The notes under the pieces are model-generated. The model saw only the letters and a list, made by a program, of their open reading frames with translations, searched no databases and had not been told where the DNA came from. Positions 32,837 to 43,400 of a stretch of 64,000 nt of DNA are shown one piece after another. How positions within the stretch are numbered: the first letter of the stretch is position 1; every line of letters begins with the position of its first letter. Source of the DNA: an uncultured bacterium (GTDB taxonomy: Bacteria; Patescibacteriota; Minisyncoccia; Phycocordibacterales; UBA11359); NCBI GenBank assembly GCA_903831815.1, contig CAIKZC010000005.1:69-64068 (forward strand), in the 5' to 3' direction. The translations under genes and the position numbers were made by a program.

Positions 32837-35218
32837 ATGTATCTAAAGCGACTGGAGATCAACGGTTTTAAATCGTTCGCCAAAAAAAGCGAATTGGATT
32901 TCAAGACGCCGATTACTTCTATTGTTGGGCCGAATGGTTCGGGCAAGTCTAACGTGGCTGAAGCATTTCGATTTGTGTTGGGTGAGCAATCCATAAAATC
33001 TTTGCGTGGGAAGAAAGGCGAGGATTTGATTTTTAATGGATCGGTGGAGACGCCGCGCGCCAATCGCGCCGCGGTCAAAGTCGTGTTCGACAACGCGCGG
33101 CGTATTTTCAACATAGACTTTGATGAAGTTACACTTGAACGTATCGTGCACCGCGATGGTGTCAATCAATATTTTGTGAACGGCAGTCAGGTGCTACTGA
33201 GGGATATTGTGGAATTGCTTGCGCAGGCGCATATTGGAGCGTCCGGTCATCATATTATTTCGCAGGGAGAGGCAGATAGGGTCTTGAGTGCCAACCCGAA
33301 GGAAAGGCGAGAGATGATCGAGGACGCGCTGGGACTCAAGATCTATCAATATAAGAGACTGGAGAGCGAGCGAAAATTAATTAAAACCGAAGAAAATATT
33401 GCGCAAGTTGAAGGCTTGCGTCGAGAAATTGCGCCTCACATAAAATTTCTAAAAAAGCAGGTGGAGAAAGTGGAAAAAGCTGTCGAGCTCAAGGAACAGC
33501 TTACTCTCCTATATAAGGAGTACTTCAAGCGAGAGGAAATGTATTTGGCGTACCACAAAGGCAAAATCGAAGAGGAGAAACGGGAGCCGGCGCACGAACT
33601 GGCGAAACTCGAGAAAGAATTACAGAGCGCCAAAAAAGTTTTGGAAGATTCGGCCAGCGAAAATAAAAAACAATTCGAGATTGTTGATCTTGAAGGTAAA
33701 CTTAAAGGTGCTCGAACGCAATACGAAAACTTGAGTCGCGATAGTGGTCGCATTGAAGGTGAAATTTCTTCACTTGAACGTATGATTGCCCGCAAGGAAG
33801 AATTAGCCAAGGTTGATGAACATAAAACAGTATTGCTTCGAGAGGTTGAGGATACGGTCAAAGAAGCAATTTCCGAAACAGCCAATGTCGATCAAATTTC
33901 CGATTTAGAAAAGTTGCACACGATCATCAAAAAGATCACTGCCACTTTTTCCACTTTCATTTCCAAACATCGCGGAGAGACGCAAGTTAAAACGACGGAG
34001 GAAAAACAGGAAATTGAAAAACTTCAAAAGGAAAAGAAAACTTTGGAAAAACAGATCGCCGAAATCCGCGCGACCGAGAATTCACTGAATGAGCGCTATT
34101 TGGTTTTGAAACAGCAAATCGAGAAAGAAAAAGATTCAAGTCGCGATGCCGAGCGAGCTGTTTTCACAATCATGACTCGTCAGAACGAATTGCGAAGTAT
34201 TCTCAGTAATATAGCTGTTCGTGCCGAAAAGATTGAAATGGAAGAGCAAAATTTCAAACGCGAACTCGGCGAAGGTTCATCTATCGTCGGCCGCGATATT
34301 TTGGATTTTAAAAACTATGTCATTTCATATAAAAAAGGTGCTGATAAATCCGTAGGAGAAATCATTTCTGGTGATATTCCAGTAGACGGAAATATTTCTG
34401 GTGATGCTGTAGATGATGTTGCTTTTGTTGTTTCTGAACCTCGACAAGCGCAAGAAGATCGACGACGGACGATTTCTCGTATGCAGATTCGTTTGGAAGA
34501 AGCCGGAGCGGGTAATAGCGAAGAAGTATTAAAAGAATATCGTGAGACCAACGAGCGCGACATTTTCTTGATTCGCGAAATAGAAGATTTGCAAAAGTCG
34601 GCGGGAGATTTGAAAAACTTAATAAAAGATTTAACCGAACGTCTAAATACAGAATTTAAAACTGGTGTCGCTAAAATCAATACGCAATTCAGTGAATTTT
34701 TCAAACTGATGTTTGGTGGTGGTGTCGCTACACTCGAAATTGTACGCGAAGAGAAAAAGAAAAATAAAAATGTTGGAGACGAAGATATGGATGAGATGTC
34801 TAAAATATCGGCGATGGCAGAATCAGAAAATGCCGAATCTGAAAATGAACAAAAAGAACCAGAAGAGGGAATTGATGTGCATGTGGCACTACCTAACAAA
34901 AAAACCAAAGGTTTAATGATGCTTTCTGGTGGCGAGCGAGCGCTCACTTCCATTGCCCTTTTGTTTGCCATTTCGCAAGTTAATCCGCCTCCTTTTATTA
35001 TCCTCGACGAGACCGACGCCGCGCTCGATGAAGCCAATTCCCGAAAATACGGCGATATGATTGCCAATTTGGCCAAGTATTCTCAGCTGATATTAATCAC
35101 TCACAATCGCGAAACCATGTCTCGCGCAGGTGTCCTTTATGGTGTCACTATGGGCTCTGGTGGTGTCTCCAAACTTCTTTCAATCCAATTTGACGAAGCT
35201 GTTCAAGTGGCAAAATAA
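32837..35218 (+). CDS. smc: SMC-family ATPase, short (no recognisable hinge)
   Basis: GFKSF, GPNGSGKSN, IISQG, LSGGE, ILDETDAALD, ITHN; coiled coil in between. Confidence 0.88.
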   Translation: MYLKRLEINGFKSFAKKSELDFKTPITSIVGPNGSGKSNVAEAFRFVLGEQSIKSLRGKKGEDLIFNGSVETPRANRAAVKVVFDNARRIFNIDFDEVTLERIVHRDGVNQYFVNGSQVLLRDIVELLAQAHIGASGHHIISQGEADRVLSANPKERREMIEDALGLKIYQYKRLESERKLIKTEENIAQVEGLRREIAPHIKFLKKQVEKVEKAVELKEQLTLLYKEYFKREEMYLAYHKGKIEEEKREPAHELAKLEKELQSAKKVLEDSASENKKQFEIVDLEGKLKGARTQYENLSRDSGRIEGEISSLERMIARKEELAKVDEHKTVLLREVEDTVKEAISETANVDQISDLEKLHTIIKKITATFSTFISKHRGETQVKTTEEKQEIEKLQKEKKTLEKQIAEIRATENSLNERYLVLKQQIEKEKDSSRDAERAVFTIMTRQNELRSILSNIAVRAEKIEMEEQNFKRELGEGSSIVGRDILDFKNYVISYKKGADKSVGEIISGDIPVDGNISGDAVDDVAFVVSEPRQAQEDRRRTISRMQIRLEEAGAGNSEEVLKEYRETNERDIFLIREIEDLQKSAGDLKNLIKDLTERLNTEFKTGVAKINTQFSEFFKLMFGGGVATLEIVREEKKKNKNVGDEDMDEMSKISAMAESENAESENEQKEPEEGIDVHVALPNKKTKGLMMLSGGERALTSIALLFAISQVNPPPFIILDETDAALDEANSRKYGDMIANLAKYSQLILITHNRETMSRAGVLYGVTMGSGGVSKLLSIQFDEAVQVAK

Positions 35219-35231
35219 TTTTGCCATCTTT

Positions 35232-37271
35232 TTAAACTAATTCACAATCGATCGTTTTGCGGTCTAGGTCGGTTTTAGTGATCTTGAATTTTACTTTATC
35301 CCCGAGAGTGTAACGTTTTTTGGTTTTGCGGCCGACAAGAGCATATTGTTTTTCTTGAAGTTCATAATAGTCATCGGAAAGAGCGCGAACACTGACCATA
35401 CCTTCGGCTTTGGTCTCGTCGTCTTCAACATAGACACCCCATTCGGTGACGCCAGTAATGGTGCCTTGCAGAAGTTTGCCGATTTTGTCACTCATAAATT
35501 CGACTTGTTTGTATTTTATGGATGAACGCTCGGCGTCGGCGGCGGCGATTTCTTTTTCAGTGATGTGAACAGCGGTGCGTTGATAGTTAGCAAGTTCGTT
35601 CGGATCAATTTTGGTGCCGTCGAGATGACTTTCGAGCAGGCGGTGTACAAGCAAGTCGGCGTAACGACGAATTGGGGAAGTGAAATGCGTATAATATTTA
35701 AAAGCCAAACCGAAATGACCGATATTTCTGGTCGAATAAATCGCTTTGGCCATCGAGCGAATAGCGGCAGTTTTGATGAGAGATTCTTGGGTTGTGCCGG
35801 TAACTTGCTTGAGTAATTTGCTGATATCGTCAGCGGTGATTTTACTGCCGTGAGGCATATGAAAACCGAGCGCTCGAGCAAATACGGAAAGGTTGGCGAG
35901 ACGGTCTTGATCAGGCAAATCGTGAATACGATAAATGAAAACAGGATCGTGACCGATTTTTTTGGCGACATGTTTATCGATGAATTCGGCCACTTCGCGG
36001 TTGGCCAGCAACATATATTCCTCGACCAGTTTGTGGGTATCTAGTCGTTCTTTTTTAAAAACGCGAAGTGGCTTGCCGTCTTTGTCTAGTTCAAATTTAA
36101 CTTCCTCTGATTCAAAATCAATAGCACCGGCCGCGAACTTTTTGGTTTGCAAAATTTTGGCGATTTTGTTTAGGGTGGTGAGAGGCGTGGCGAACAATTG
36201 CGCAGCCGCCGGCGTATTTCCAACCTGGTCTTTTTTATTATTTCCACTTTTTGGACTACCCTTGTGACCATCCAGAATATCTTGCGCACCCTCATAGCTG
36301 AAACGATTATTGGAATTGATAACGGTTTTGCCAAACCAGCGTTTGTGAATTTTTGCGTTTGCATCAATTTCAAAGATGGCGGAGAAGGCGAGTTTGTCTT
36401 CGTTGGGATTTAGACTGCAGAGGTCGTTGGAGAGAATTTCCGGCAACATTGGAATAGTGCGGTCAACTAAATAAACGGAAAAGCCGCGATTTTTCGCTTC
36501 TTCATCAAGTGCTGTTCCAGGACGCACATAATGTGAGACATCGGCAATGTGCACGCCGATCTCATACATTTTTACGCCGTTTTGTTCACCAAGTTCTTTG
36601 AAAGAAATAGCATCATCAAAGTCTTTAGCGTCAGCCGGGTCAATGGTGCAGGTGAGGGTATTACGCAAGTCTTTGCGTTTTGCGATATCGGATTGCGGAA
36701 TCGGTTTCTCGCGTTTTTCGATTGCGGCCGCTTCCTGCTCAACTTTTTCCGGATATTTTGATTCGAAACCTTTATCCAAAATAATGGATTGCATTTCAGC
36801 TTCGTGATCACCTTTTTTTCCGAGCAAGACGAGAATTTTTCCTTCCGGATCTCGGGTTGGATCGGTCCAATTAATGATTTGAACGAGAGCTTTGTTGCCG
36901 TCTAGATCCGCTGAAGTTTTGTCAGAGGGGGATTCGGTCACAACAATATTTTTATACATTTTTCGATTGTCCGGAATGAGGATCGGTTTCGGGCCGCTCG
37001 CATTCAGAACACCAACGAAAGTGCGCTTGGACTGTTTGAGTATTTTTGTCACCTCGCCCTGCTCGCGGCCCTTAATTTTCCCCGGCAAAATCTTAATTTC
37101 CACTTCATCTTTATCCAGTGCCAAATGTAACTTTTCATTCTGTATTTCAATATCTTCCTCGCGACCTGCCACTTCCAAAAAGCCGATACCTTTGGAATTG
37201 ATGTCAATAATACCTATATAGGCATTTTTCTCGTGTTTTTGGGGTTTTTGAGGCCCTTTTTTGTTATGCAT
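35232..37271 (-). CDS. rnr: Ribonuclease R
   Basis: TIDPADAKDFDDA, HIADVS, YTHFTSPIRRYAD, C-terminal S1 domain. Confidence 0.96.
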   Translation of the reverse strand: MHNKKGPQKPQKHEKNAYIGIIDINSKGIGFLEVAGREEDIEIQNEKLHLALDKDEVEIKILPGKIKGREQGEVTKILKQSKRTFVGVLNASGPKPILIPDNRKMYKNIVVTESPSDKTSADLDGNKALVQIINWTDPTRDPEGKILVLLGKKGDHEAEMQSIILDKGFESKYPEKVEQEAAAIEKREKPIPQSDIAKRKDLRNTLTCTIDPADAKDFDDAISFKELGEQNGVKMYEIGVHIADVSHYVRPGTALDEEAKNRGFSVYLVDRTIPMLPEILSNDLCSLNPNEDKLAFSAIFEIDANAKIHKRWFGKTVINSNNRFSYEGAQDILDGHKGSPKSGNNKKDQVGNTPAAAQLFATPLTTLNKIAKILQTKKFAAGAIDFESEEVKFELDKDGKPLRVFKKERLDTHKLVEEYMLLANREVAEFIDKHVAKKIGHDPVFIYRIHDLPDQDRLANLSVFARALGFHMPHGSKITADDISKLLKQVTGTTQESLIKTAAIRSMAKAIYSTRNIGHFGLAFKYYTHFTSPIRRYADLLVHRLLESHLDGTKIDPNELANYQRTAVHITEKEIAAADAERSSIKYKQVEFMSDKIGKLLQGTITGVTEWGVYVEDDETKAEGMVSVRALSDDYYELQEKQYALVGRKTKKRYTLGDKVKFKITKTDLDRKTIDCELV

Positions 37272-37315
37272 AGTTCACACTATACCAGAAAACTGTCAAA
37301 TCGCGAATTTTAAAT

Positions 37316-37348
37316 AAAAAAACTGCCGACGATTTCATCGTCGGCAGT
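37316..37348 (-). terminator. Intrinsic terminator of the candidate ncRNA
   Basis: CTGCCGACGAT-GAA-ATCGTCGGCAG followed by a T-run on the minus strand. Confidence 0.85.
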
Positions 37349-37645
37349 GAGGAAAGATGTGCGATACTCCTGAGGTTGTGTTAACGGAGTCACCGTATAG
37401 ACACAAGGTCAACTTCCAGATCGGTGGTATTCCATTTGTGACTGCCTGTGTTGCCGGAACAACAAGGTCTGCGTCTCCCACTCTATACTGCGAGCAAAGG
37501 AAGTTCCTCCAGTGGTTTACGGGACCACTAACTGCTTTGGGAAGCAGAAATGAAGCCAGCTGTAGGGATTCGAACCCCAATCACCAGGTTCTCATATAGA
37601 TGAGTCCTGAGCTTACCTATCTGTTTTCGCACTTTCCCTCTTTAT
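37349..37645 (-). ncRNA. Candidate structured ncRNA with a tRNA-like domain
   Basis: TTGACA-17-TAGGGT promoter (37682-37654), pairing 5' and 3' ends, T-arm TGGGG-TTCGAAT-CCCTA, CAT-containing anticodon-like arm, several hairpins, terminator. Confidence 0.55.
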
Positions 37646-37742
37646 CCAAATTAACCCTAGCAATTGAGGTAAATTTTGTCAAAAGATTCGCCAGTCATTG
37701 GCCACATTGACCAATTTGCCGGTATCTGTTAGTATCTTTCTT

Positions 37743-38114
37743 ATGTTAAAAATTAGATTACAACGAACAGGACGCAACCAAGAAAAGACTTTTCGTCTCG
37801 TCTTGACCGAATCAAAAAACTCCACCAAGAGTGGTAAGTTTTTGGAGATACTCGGCAACCATGATTTCCGTGTAAAAGACGGCACCAAGTTCAACAAAGA
37901 GCGTATTTTGTACTGGATGTCACAAGGTGTTAAACCAACTCCAACCGTTCACAACCTCTTGATTACTGAAAAAATTATTTCTGGCAAAAAAATCAACGTT
38001 CTCCCAAAGAAAACTGTACCTAAGAAAGAGGAAGTTGCAGCCGAAGCTCCTAAGGCCGAAAAAGCTGAAAAAACCGAAGCGAAATCTGAAGAAAAAGAAG
38101 CTCCTAAAGCGTAA
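37743..38114 (+). CDS. rpsP: 30S ribosomal protein S16
   Basis: MLKIRLQRTGR...FRLV...GKFLEILG...YWMSQGVKPT. Confidence 0.96.
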   Translation: MLKIRLQRTGRNQEKTFRLVLTESKNSTKSGKFLEILGNHDFRVKDGTKFNKERILYWMSQGVKPTPTVHNLLITEKIISGKKINVLPKKTVPKKEEVAAEAPKAEKAEKTEAKSEEKEAPKA

Positions 38115-38127
38115 TAACTCTTCTCTC

Positions 38128-38136
38128 TGTGGATAA
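38128..38136 (-). promoter_or_regulatory. DnaA box
   Basis: Perfect TTATCCACA on the minus strand just upstream of the khpA promoter. Confidence 0.55.
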
Positions 38137-38224
38137 CCGATTGTGGGATGTTTTCGGTATGATACAATATATGTAGCAGTACCTTCGTAGCACTGCAAGA
38201 CTTACAAGTTAAGAATTACTCAAT

Positions 38225-38563
38225 ATGAATGAGATGGACAATCAGTTTCTAGAGTTTGTAGTGAAGGCTTTGGTGGACAATCCTAATGATGTAAAGATTA
38301 AAAGAACGGTCGACGAAATGGGAGTGCTTTTGACTCTCGATGTTAATGCCGCAGATATGGGTAAGGTGATTGGTCGCTCTGGCAATACTGCCAAGGCTAT
38401 TCGAACATTACTCCGAGTTGTCGGCATGAAGCACAATGCTCGAGTTAACCTCAAGATCAGTGAACCTGAAGGTGGCACTAAGGGACTCGGCGCTGCAGTT
38501 GGTCCAAATCCAAGTCCAGCTATGAAAACGGTGGACGAGGCGATGGCAGACCTAAAGTTGTAA
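38225..38563 (+). CDS. khpA: KH-domain RNA-binding protein KhpA
   Basis: LVDNP..V...DMGKVIGRSGNTAKAIRTLL; rpsP-khpA-trmD synteny. Confidence 0.92.
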   Translation: MNEMDNQFLEFVVKALVDNPNDVKIKRTVDEMGVLLTLDVNAADMGKVIGRSGNTAKAIRTLLRVVGMKHNARVNLKISEPEGGTKGLGAAVGPNPSPAMKTVDEAMADLKL

Positions 38564-38618
38564 AAAACTCAAATAGACAAGATGAAAAAACTGTGTTATC
38601 ATCAACACAGTTTTTTCA

Positions 38619-39335
38619 ATGATCAATTTTCACATCATAACTTTATTTCCGGAGTCTTTCAGCTCGTATTTAGGTGAGTCGATTTTGGCGCGCGCGCAAA
38701 AGCAAAAGAAAATTAATGTGAAATTTTATGACCCGCGCGATTTCGTGAAGCCGACCAAAAAGCAAGCCGGCAAAGACAAACCATATTTGCGAGTGGACGA
38801 TAGACCGTTTGGAGGTGGTCCAGGTATGGTCATGCAAGCTTTGCCTGTCATTAAAGCGATCGAGAAAGCTGTCGCGAATGCAAAACGAGCAGGCGCTTCT
38901 AAAACAAAAACTGGAACAAAATCCGCACCGAAAATTAAAATAGTTTTTCTTTCTCCATCCGGCAAGCAATTCGATACTCAGTACGCCAAAGAAACCGCGC
39001 AAAAATATCAGCATCTCGTCATCATTTGCGGACGATACGAAGGAATCGATGCTCGGGTCAAAAAAATATTCAAGACCGAAGATGTCTCGGTCGGTCCTTT
39101 CGTTTTGACCGGTGGGGAACTTGCGGCCATGATCATGATCGATTCTATTTCTCGACAGATCGAAGGAGTGCTTGGCGATTTTAATTCTCTTGAAGAGACA
39201 CGAGTAGCCTCGAGCGATGTTTATACCCGCCCGGAAATTCTGGTTTACAAGAAAAAGAAATACCAAGTGCCAAAAGTCTTGATTTCAGGCAATCATAAAG
39301 CCATAGAAGAGTGGCGCAGGGGTCAAAGTAAATAG
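38619..39335 (+). CDS. trmD: tRNA (guanine-N1)-methyltransferase
   Basis: ITLFPE, VDDRPFGGGPGMV, CGRYEGID, FVLTGGE, YTRP. Confidence 0.97.
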   Translation: MINFHIITLFPESFSSYLGESILARAQKQKKINVKFYDPRDFVKPTKKQAGKDKPYLRVDDRPFGGGPGMVMQALPVIKAIEKAVANAKRAGASKTKTGTKSAPKIKIVFLSPSGKQFDTQYAKETAQKYQHLVIICGRYEGIDARVKKIFKTEDVSVGPFVLTGGELAAMIMIDSISRQIEGVLGDFNSLEETRVASSDVYTRPEILVYKKKKYQVPKVLISGNHKAIEEWRRGQSK

Positions 39336-39445
39336 CGAAGTTATCCACTTGCTTTGATTTTATGGTGTAGTAATATATAGGTCGGATGCGGACTATGGAC
39401 GGCCCGCAAAATCATGTCTCTTCTCAGAGAAGGTAGAGGTAGAAT

Positions 39446-39631
39446 ATGGGAGCGAAATGGGTAAGTTTCCACGTCGAAGGTCCAACTTTGGATCCAGCCG
39501 AGCGTGAACTTGAGGAAGTCCTCAGACGGACGAGCTCACCTGAGTACGATAATGCTCAATCGAGCGTGAAGGACAAAAAACCGCGAACGACCAAGAAGGT
39601 CAATAAGCGGGAACAGCTCGTTGCGGCGTGA
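39446..39631 (+). CDS. Small orphan protein
   Basis: Promoter TTGCTT/TAATAT, AGGTAGAGG purine tract before the ATG, terminator 39664-39697. Confidence 0.55.
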   Translation: MGAKWVSFHVEGPTLDPAERELEEVLRRTSSPEYDNAQSSVKDKKPRTTKKVNKREQLVAA

Positions 39632-39807
39632 GTTTTCACACCACCACGAACACAAACAAGAATCGCGACGAGTAGAGGACTCGCCGCGTTTTTTTTGTTT
39701 AGATAAATTTGCAATTATTAAAATTTGTGTTAATATATAGACAGAGCAGGTCAATGGATGACTTGCCATGTTGGGCTCTTTTAGAACAGGAATGTTGAGG
39801 CGTTGAT

Positions 39808-40050
39808 ATGGGTCGAGTAATCTTTATGGCGGAAACAGACGCGAGCGCTCCGTTTAATCGGAGGTCTTTGTTAAAAAGACCGCACGATTCGGTCGCAGTA
39901 TCCTCATCGAGACTTATTAGCGAATGTCCAAGTACGCGCAGGGATGTTGCCAAAAGTCTGACCAGATCGCTGTCCGGCTTTCCACCGCAAACGAACGGGA
40001 ATGCAAAACCTACTCTTCCAAGGGGAATGAAGCGACGGAAGCGGAGCTGA
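39808..40050 (+). CDS. Possible small basic orphan protein (or ncRNA unit)
   Basis: TTGCAA/TAATAT promoter ~39709-39736, boxA-like GGCTCTTTTAGA, GAGG before the ATG, terminator 40074-40113. Confidence 0.4.
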   Translation: MGRVIFMAETDASAPFNRRSLLKRPHDSVAVSSSRLISECPSTRRDVAKSLTRSLSGFPPQTNGNAKPTLPRGMKRRKRS

Positions 40051-40198
40051 AACAACGTTGATAGTTTAGAACTACCGTAGTGAGACAAAGGACTCACTGC
40101 GGTTTCTTTTTTATAAAATAGCCTAAAAATCCCCATTTTAATGACACTTTAACCTGTGGAAATCCTAATTAATACGCAGTATTACTAGGTGAATCCCT

Positions 40199-40245
40199 TG
40201 TGGATAAGAGGGTGATTGACAAATATTTCGTTTAGGTATACACTA
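40199..40245 (+). promoter_or_regulatory. DnaA box plus sigma70 promoter of rpoBC
   Basis: TGTGGATAA at 40199-40207 followed by TTGACA-17-TACACT. Confidence 0.7.
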
Positions 40246-40409
40246 CCGCCACGTGTGCAAGATTTAGTTTTGGCTGGATCACACTGTTTTTAGATTGCGG
40301 CTAATAGAAAAGCAACCTTGCAAAAGCAGACTCGTTAAAATTATCAGAGAAAAATAGACCATCCCCGCACAGGTGGCCCATTTTTCGCGTTTTAATAAAT
40401 TATTAATAT

Positions 40410-43400
40410 ATGAAGCGCCAGAAAAAATATTTTGCGAAGCATAAACCGGCTCTCACCACGATGCCAAACTTGGTTGAGTCACAAACAACTTCTTTTAATT
40501 GGCTTTTGGAAAAAGGTCTCGGCGAAGTTTTCAAAGAATACTCATCTATTAAGGACTACTCGGAAAAAAAGTTCGAGTTGGATTTTGCCGACGTAAAACT
40601 CACGATGCCAAAGTACGATGAGTACTATGCCAAGGATAACAAACTTTCATATGAAGCTTCGATCAAGGTCATTGTGCGCTTCAAGAACAAGATCGTAAAT
40701 TCGGTCAAAGAGCAGGAGATCTTTATGGCGGATCTTCCGATCATGACTCCTCACGGTACGTTCATCATTGCGGGTATTGAACGTGTTATCGTTCCTCAAT
40801 TGGCGCGATCTTTTGGCGTGTTCTTCACAGCCAATGATATTCGCGGCAAAAACTATTTCGGCGCAAAAATTATTCCAGCTCGCGGGGCTTGGATTGAAAT
40901 TGAGACGGAAGCGGACGGTGGTGTCTATGTGCGTATTGACCGCAAACGAAAATTCCCGGTTACGATGCTTTTGCGTGTATTAGGTGCGGATACCAACGAA
41001 AAGATCATGCATCTTTTTGCAGGAAATGAAGCTGCACGGTCTTACATGGAGAAAACTATTGCCAAAGATCACACCAAGATCGCCGATGAAGCCTTCATCG
41101 AAATTCACAAGAAACTCCGCGACGGCGATCTTGCCACCGCAGAAAACGCTCGCGAATTCATCAATACTATTTTTGGAGCTGACCGATATGACCTTTCAAA
41201 AGTCGGTCGTTTTCGTTTCAATAAGCGATTTGGCAAGCCGATGACCGACAAGGAGATCGCTCGACATACCATTTCTCTTGATGACGCAATTACGATCATC
41301 AATAATATTGTCACTCTTAACACTACACCCGGCGCTGTTGAAGATGATATTGACCACCTCGGTTCTCGACGTGTGCGATACGTTGGAGAATTGCTCCAGC
41401 AAAAAATTCGCGTTGGTATGTCACAGATCAAGCGAAATATTCAAGATCGTATGTCGACCGCGGATCCCGATTCTGTTTTGCCGATAAACTTCATTTCACC
41501 AAAGCCTCTGCAAGCTCGAATTAAGGAATTCTTCACGACCAACCAGTTGTCACAGTTCATGGCCCAGGAAAACATCTTGACCGAACTTGAACATTTACGA
41601 ACTCTTTCGGCACTTGGCCCCGGTGGTCTAACACGAGAACGTGCCGGTTACGAAGTTCGTGACGTGCATCCTTCTCACTACGGTCGACTTTGTCCAATCC
41701 ACACTCCAGAAGGTCCGAACATCGGTCTTATCTTACGTCTTTCAACCTATGCTCGCATCAATGATTTCGGAATGATCGAAACTCCGTATGCCAAAGTTAA
41801 AAATGGAAAGGTCACTCCTGAGATCCATTATTTAAATGCTTTAGAAGAAGAAAACTTCGCCATCGCTCACGCCGCAATCGACCGCGATGAGGAAGGAAGA
41901 ATTAAAGACGACGAAGTCGAAGTGCGTGTTAACGGCGATCCAACAATGGTGCCTCGAGAAAAAGTGGACTACATCGACGTGGCGACTGAGCAAGCCTTTT
42001 CTATTGCCACTTCAATGATCCCATTTCTTAATCATGATGACTCGACACGAGCCTTGATGGGTTCGAACATGCAAAAACAAGCTACTCCTTGTATCTTGCC
42101 GGAAGCTCCGCTTGTTGCTACAGGCGTTGAAGCAGATGGTGCGCGAGATACCGGACGTATCGTTATCTCTCACGATGACGGCGTGGTTCATCATGTTGAT
42201 GCTCAAAAAATCACCGTTAAATCTAATAAAGGAAAGGATGTTGAATATAAATTAGTTAACTTCTCTCGAACCAACGGCTTTACCGTTTTCCATCAGCGAC
42301 CGATCGTCAATGTTGGAGATAAAGTGAAAAGAGGAGATGTTTTGGCTGACACTTCATCTTCAGACAACGGACAGATCGCACTGGGTCAAAATATTTTCGT
42401 GGCCTTCATGTCATGGTCAGGAGCCAACTACGAAGACGCCATCATTTTGTCTGAAAGATTAGTGCGCGACAATCGATTCACGTCTATTCATATAGAAGAG
42501 TTTATTGTCAACGTGCGTGATACCAAACTTGGACCTGAAGTCACCACTCCTGATATTCCAAACGTCAGTGAAAATAAACTTAAAAACCTCGATGAAGACG
42601 GAGTTGTGCGAATTGGAGCAGAAGTACGACCTGGGGATATTTTGGTTGGAAAAATTACACCAAAAGGCGAGACACAACTTACTCCTGAAGAGCGATTACT
42701 CCGATCATTGTTTGGTGAGAAGGCTCGCGATGTAAAGGATACTTCAAAACGACTTGAAAACGGAAAACAAGGTCGCATTATTTCTGTAAAAATATTCTCT
42801 CGAGAAAAAGGCGACAAACTTGAATCAGGAATCATCAAACGAATTCACATTGAAGTGGCAGAGCTCCGAAACGTACAAGTAGGCGATAAGCTCGCAGGAC
42901 GTCACGGTAACAAAGGTGTCATTTCAACTATACTTCCTATCGAAGATATGCCACACCTCGCTGACGGTACGGCAGTTGATATGATCCTTACGCCGCTCGG
43001 TGTGCCATCTCGTATGAACCTCGGTCAGATTATGGAATTGCACCTCGGTCTCGCTGCTCACACTCTTGGTTATCAAGCAGTCGTGCCTCCATTTGCCGGA
43101 GCAACTGACAAGGAAATTAAAAATGAACTTGTCGCTGCCGGATTTCCAGAAAACGGAAAAGTAAAACTTTTTGATGGACGAAACGGCGAAGCTTTCCAAC
43201 AAGATATCGCTATCGGATATATGTATGTTATGAAGCTTCATCACATGGTGGAAGACAAGATTCACATGCGTTCAATCGGACCTTATTCTCTCATTACACA
43301 ACAGCCACTTGGCGGTAAGGCTCAGGGAGGTGGACAGCGATTTGGAGAAATGGAAGTCTGGGCACTTCTTGGACACGGTGCAGCTCATAACTTGCGAGAA

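Noticed and set aside
37349-37645. tmRNA, RNase P RNA or a functional tRNA-Met
   Set aside because: No Ala-type acceptor stem with CCA, no P4 pairing after GAGGAAAG, and no 5' acceptor strand; kept only as an unclassified ncRNA candidate.
38128-40207. Replication origin
   Set aside because: DnaA boxes are single and spread over different intergenic regions; no cluster, DUE or dnaA/dnaN nearby.
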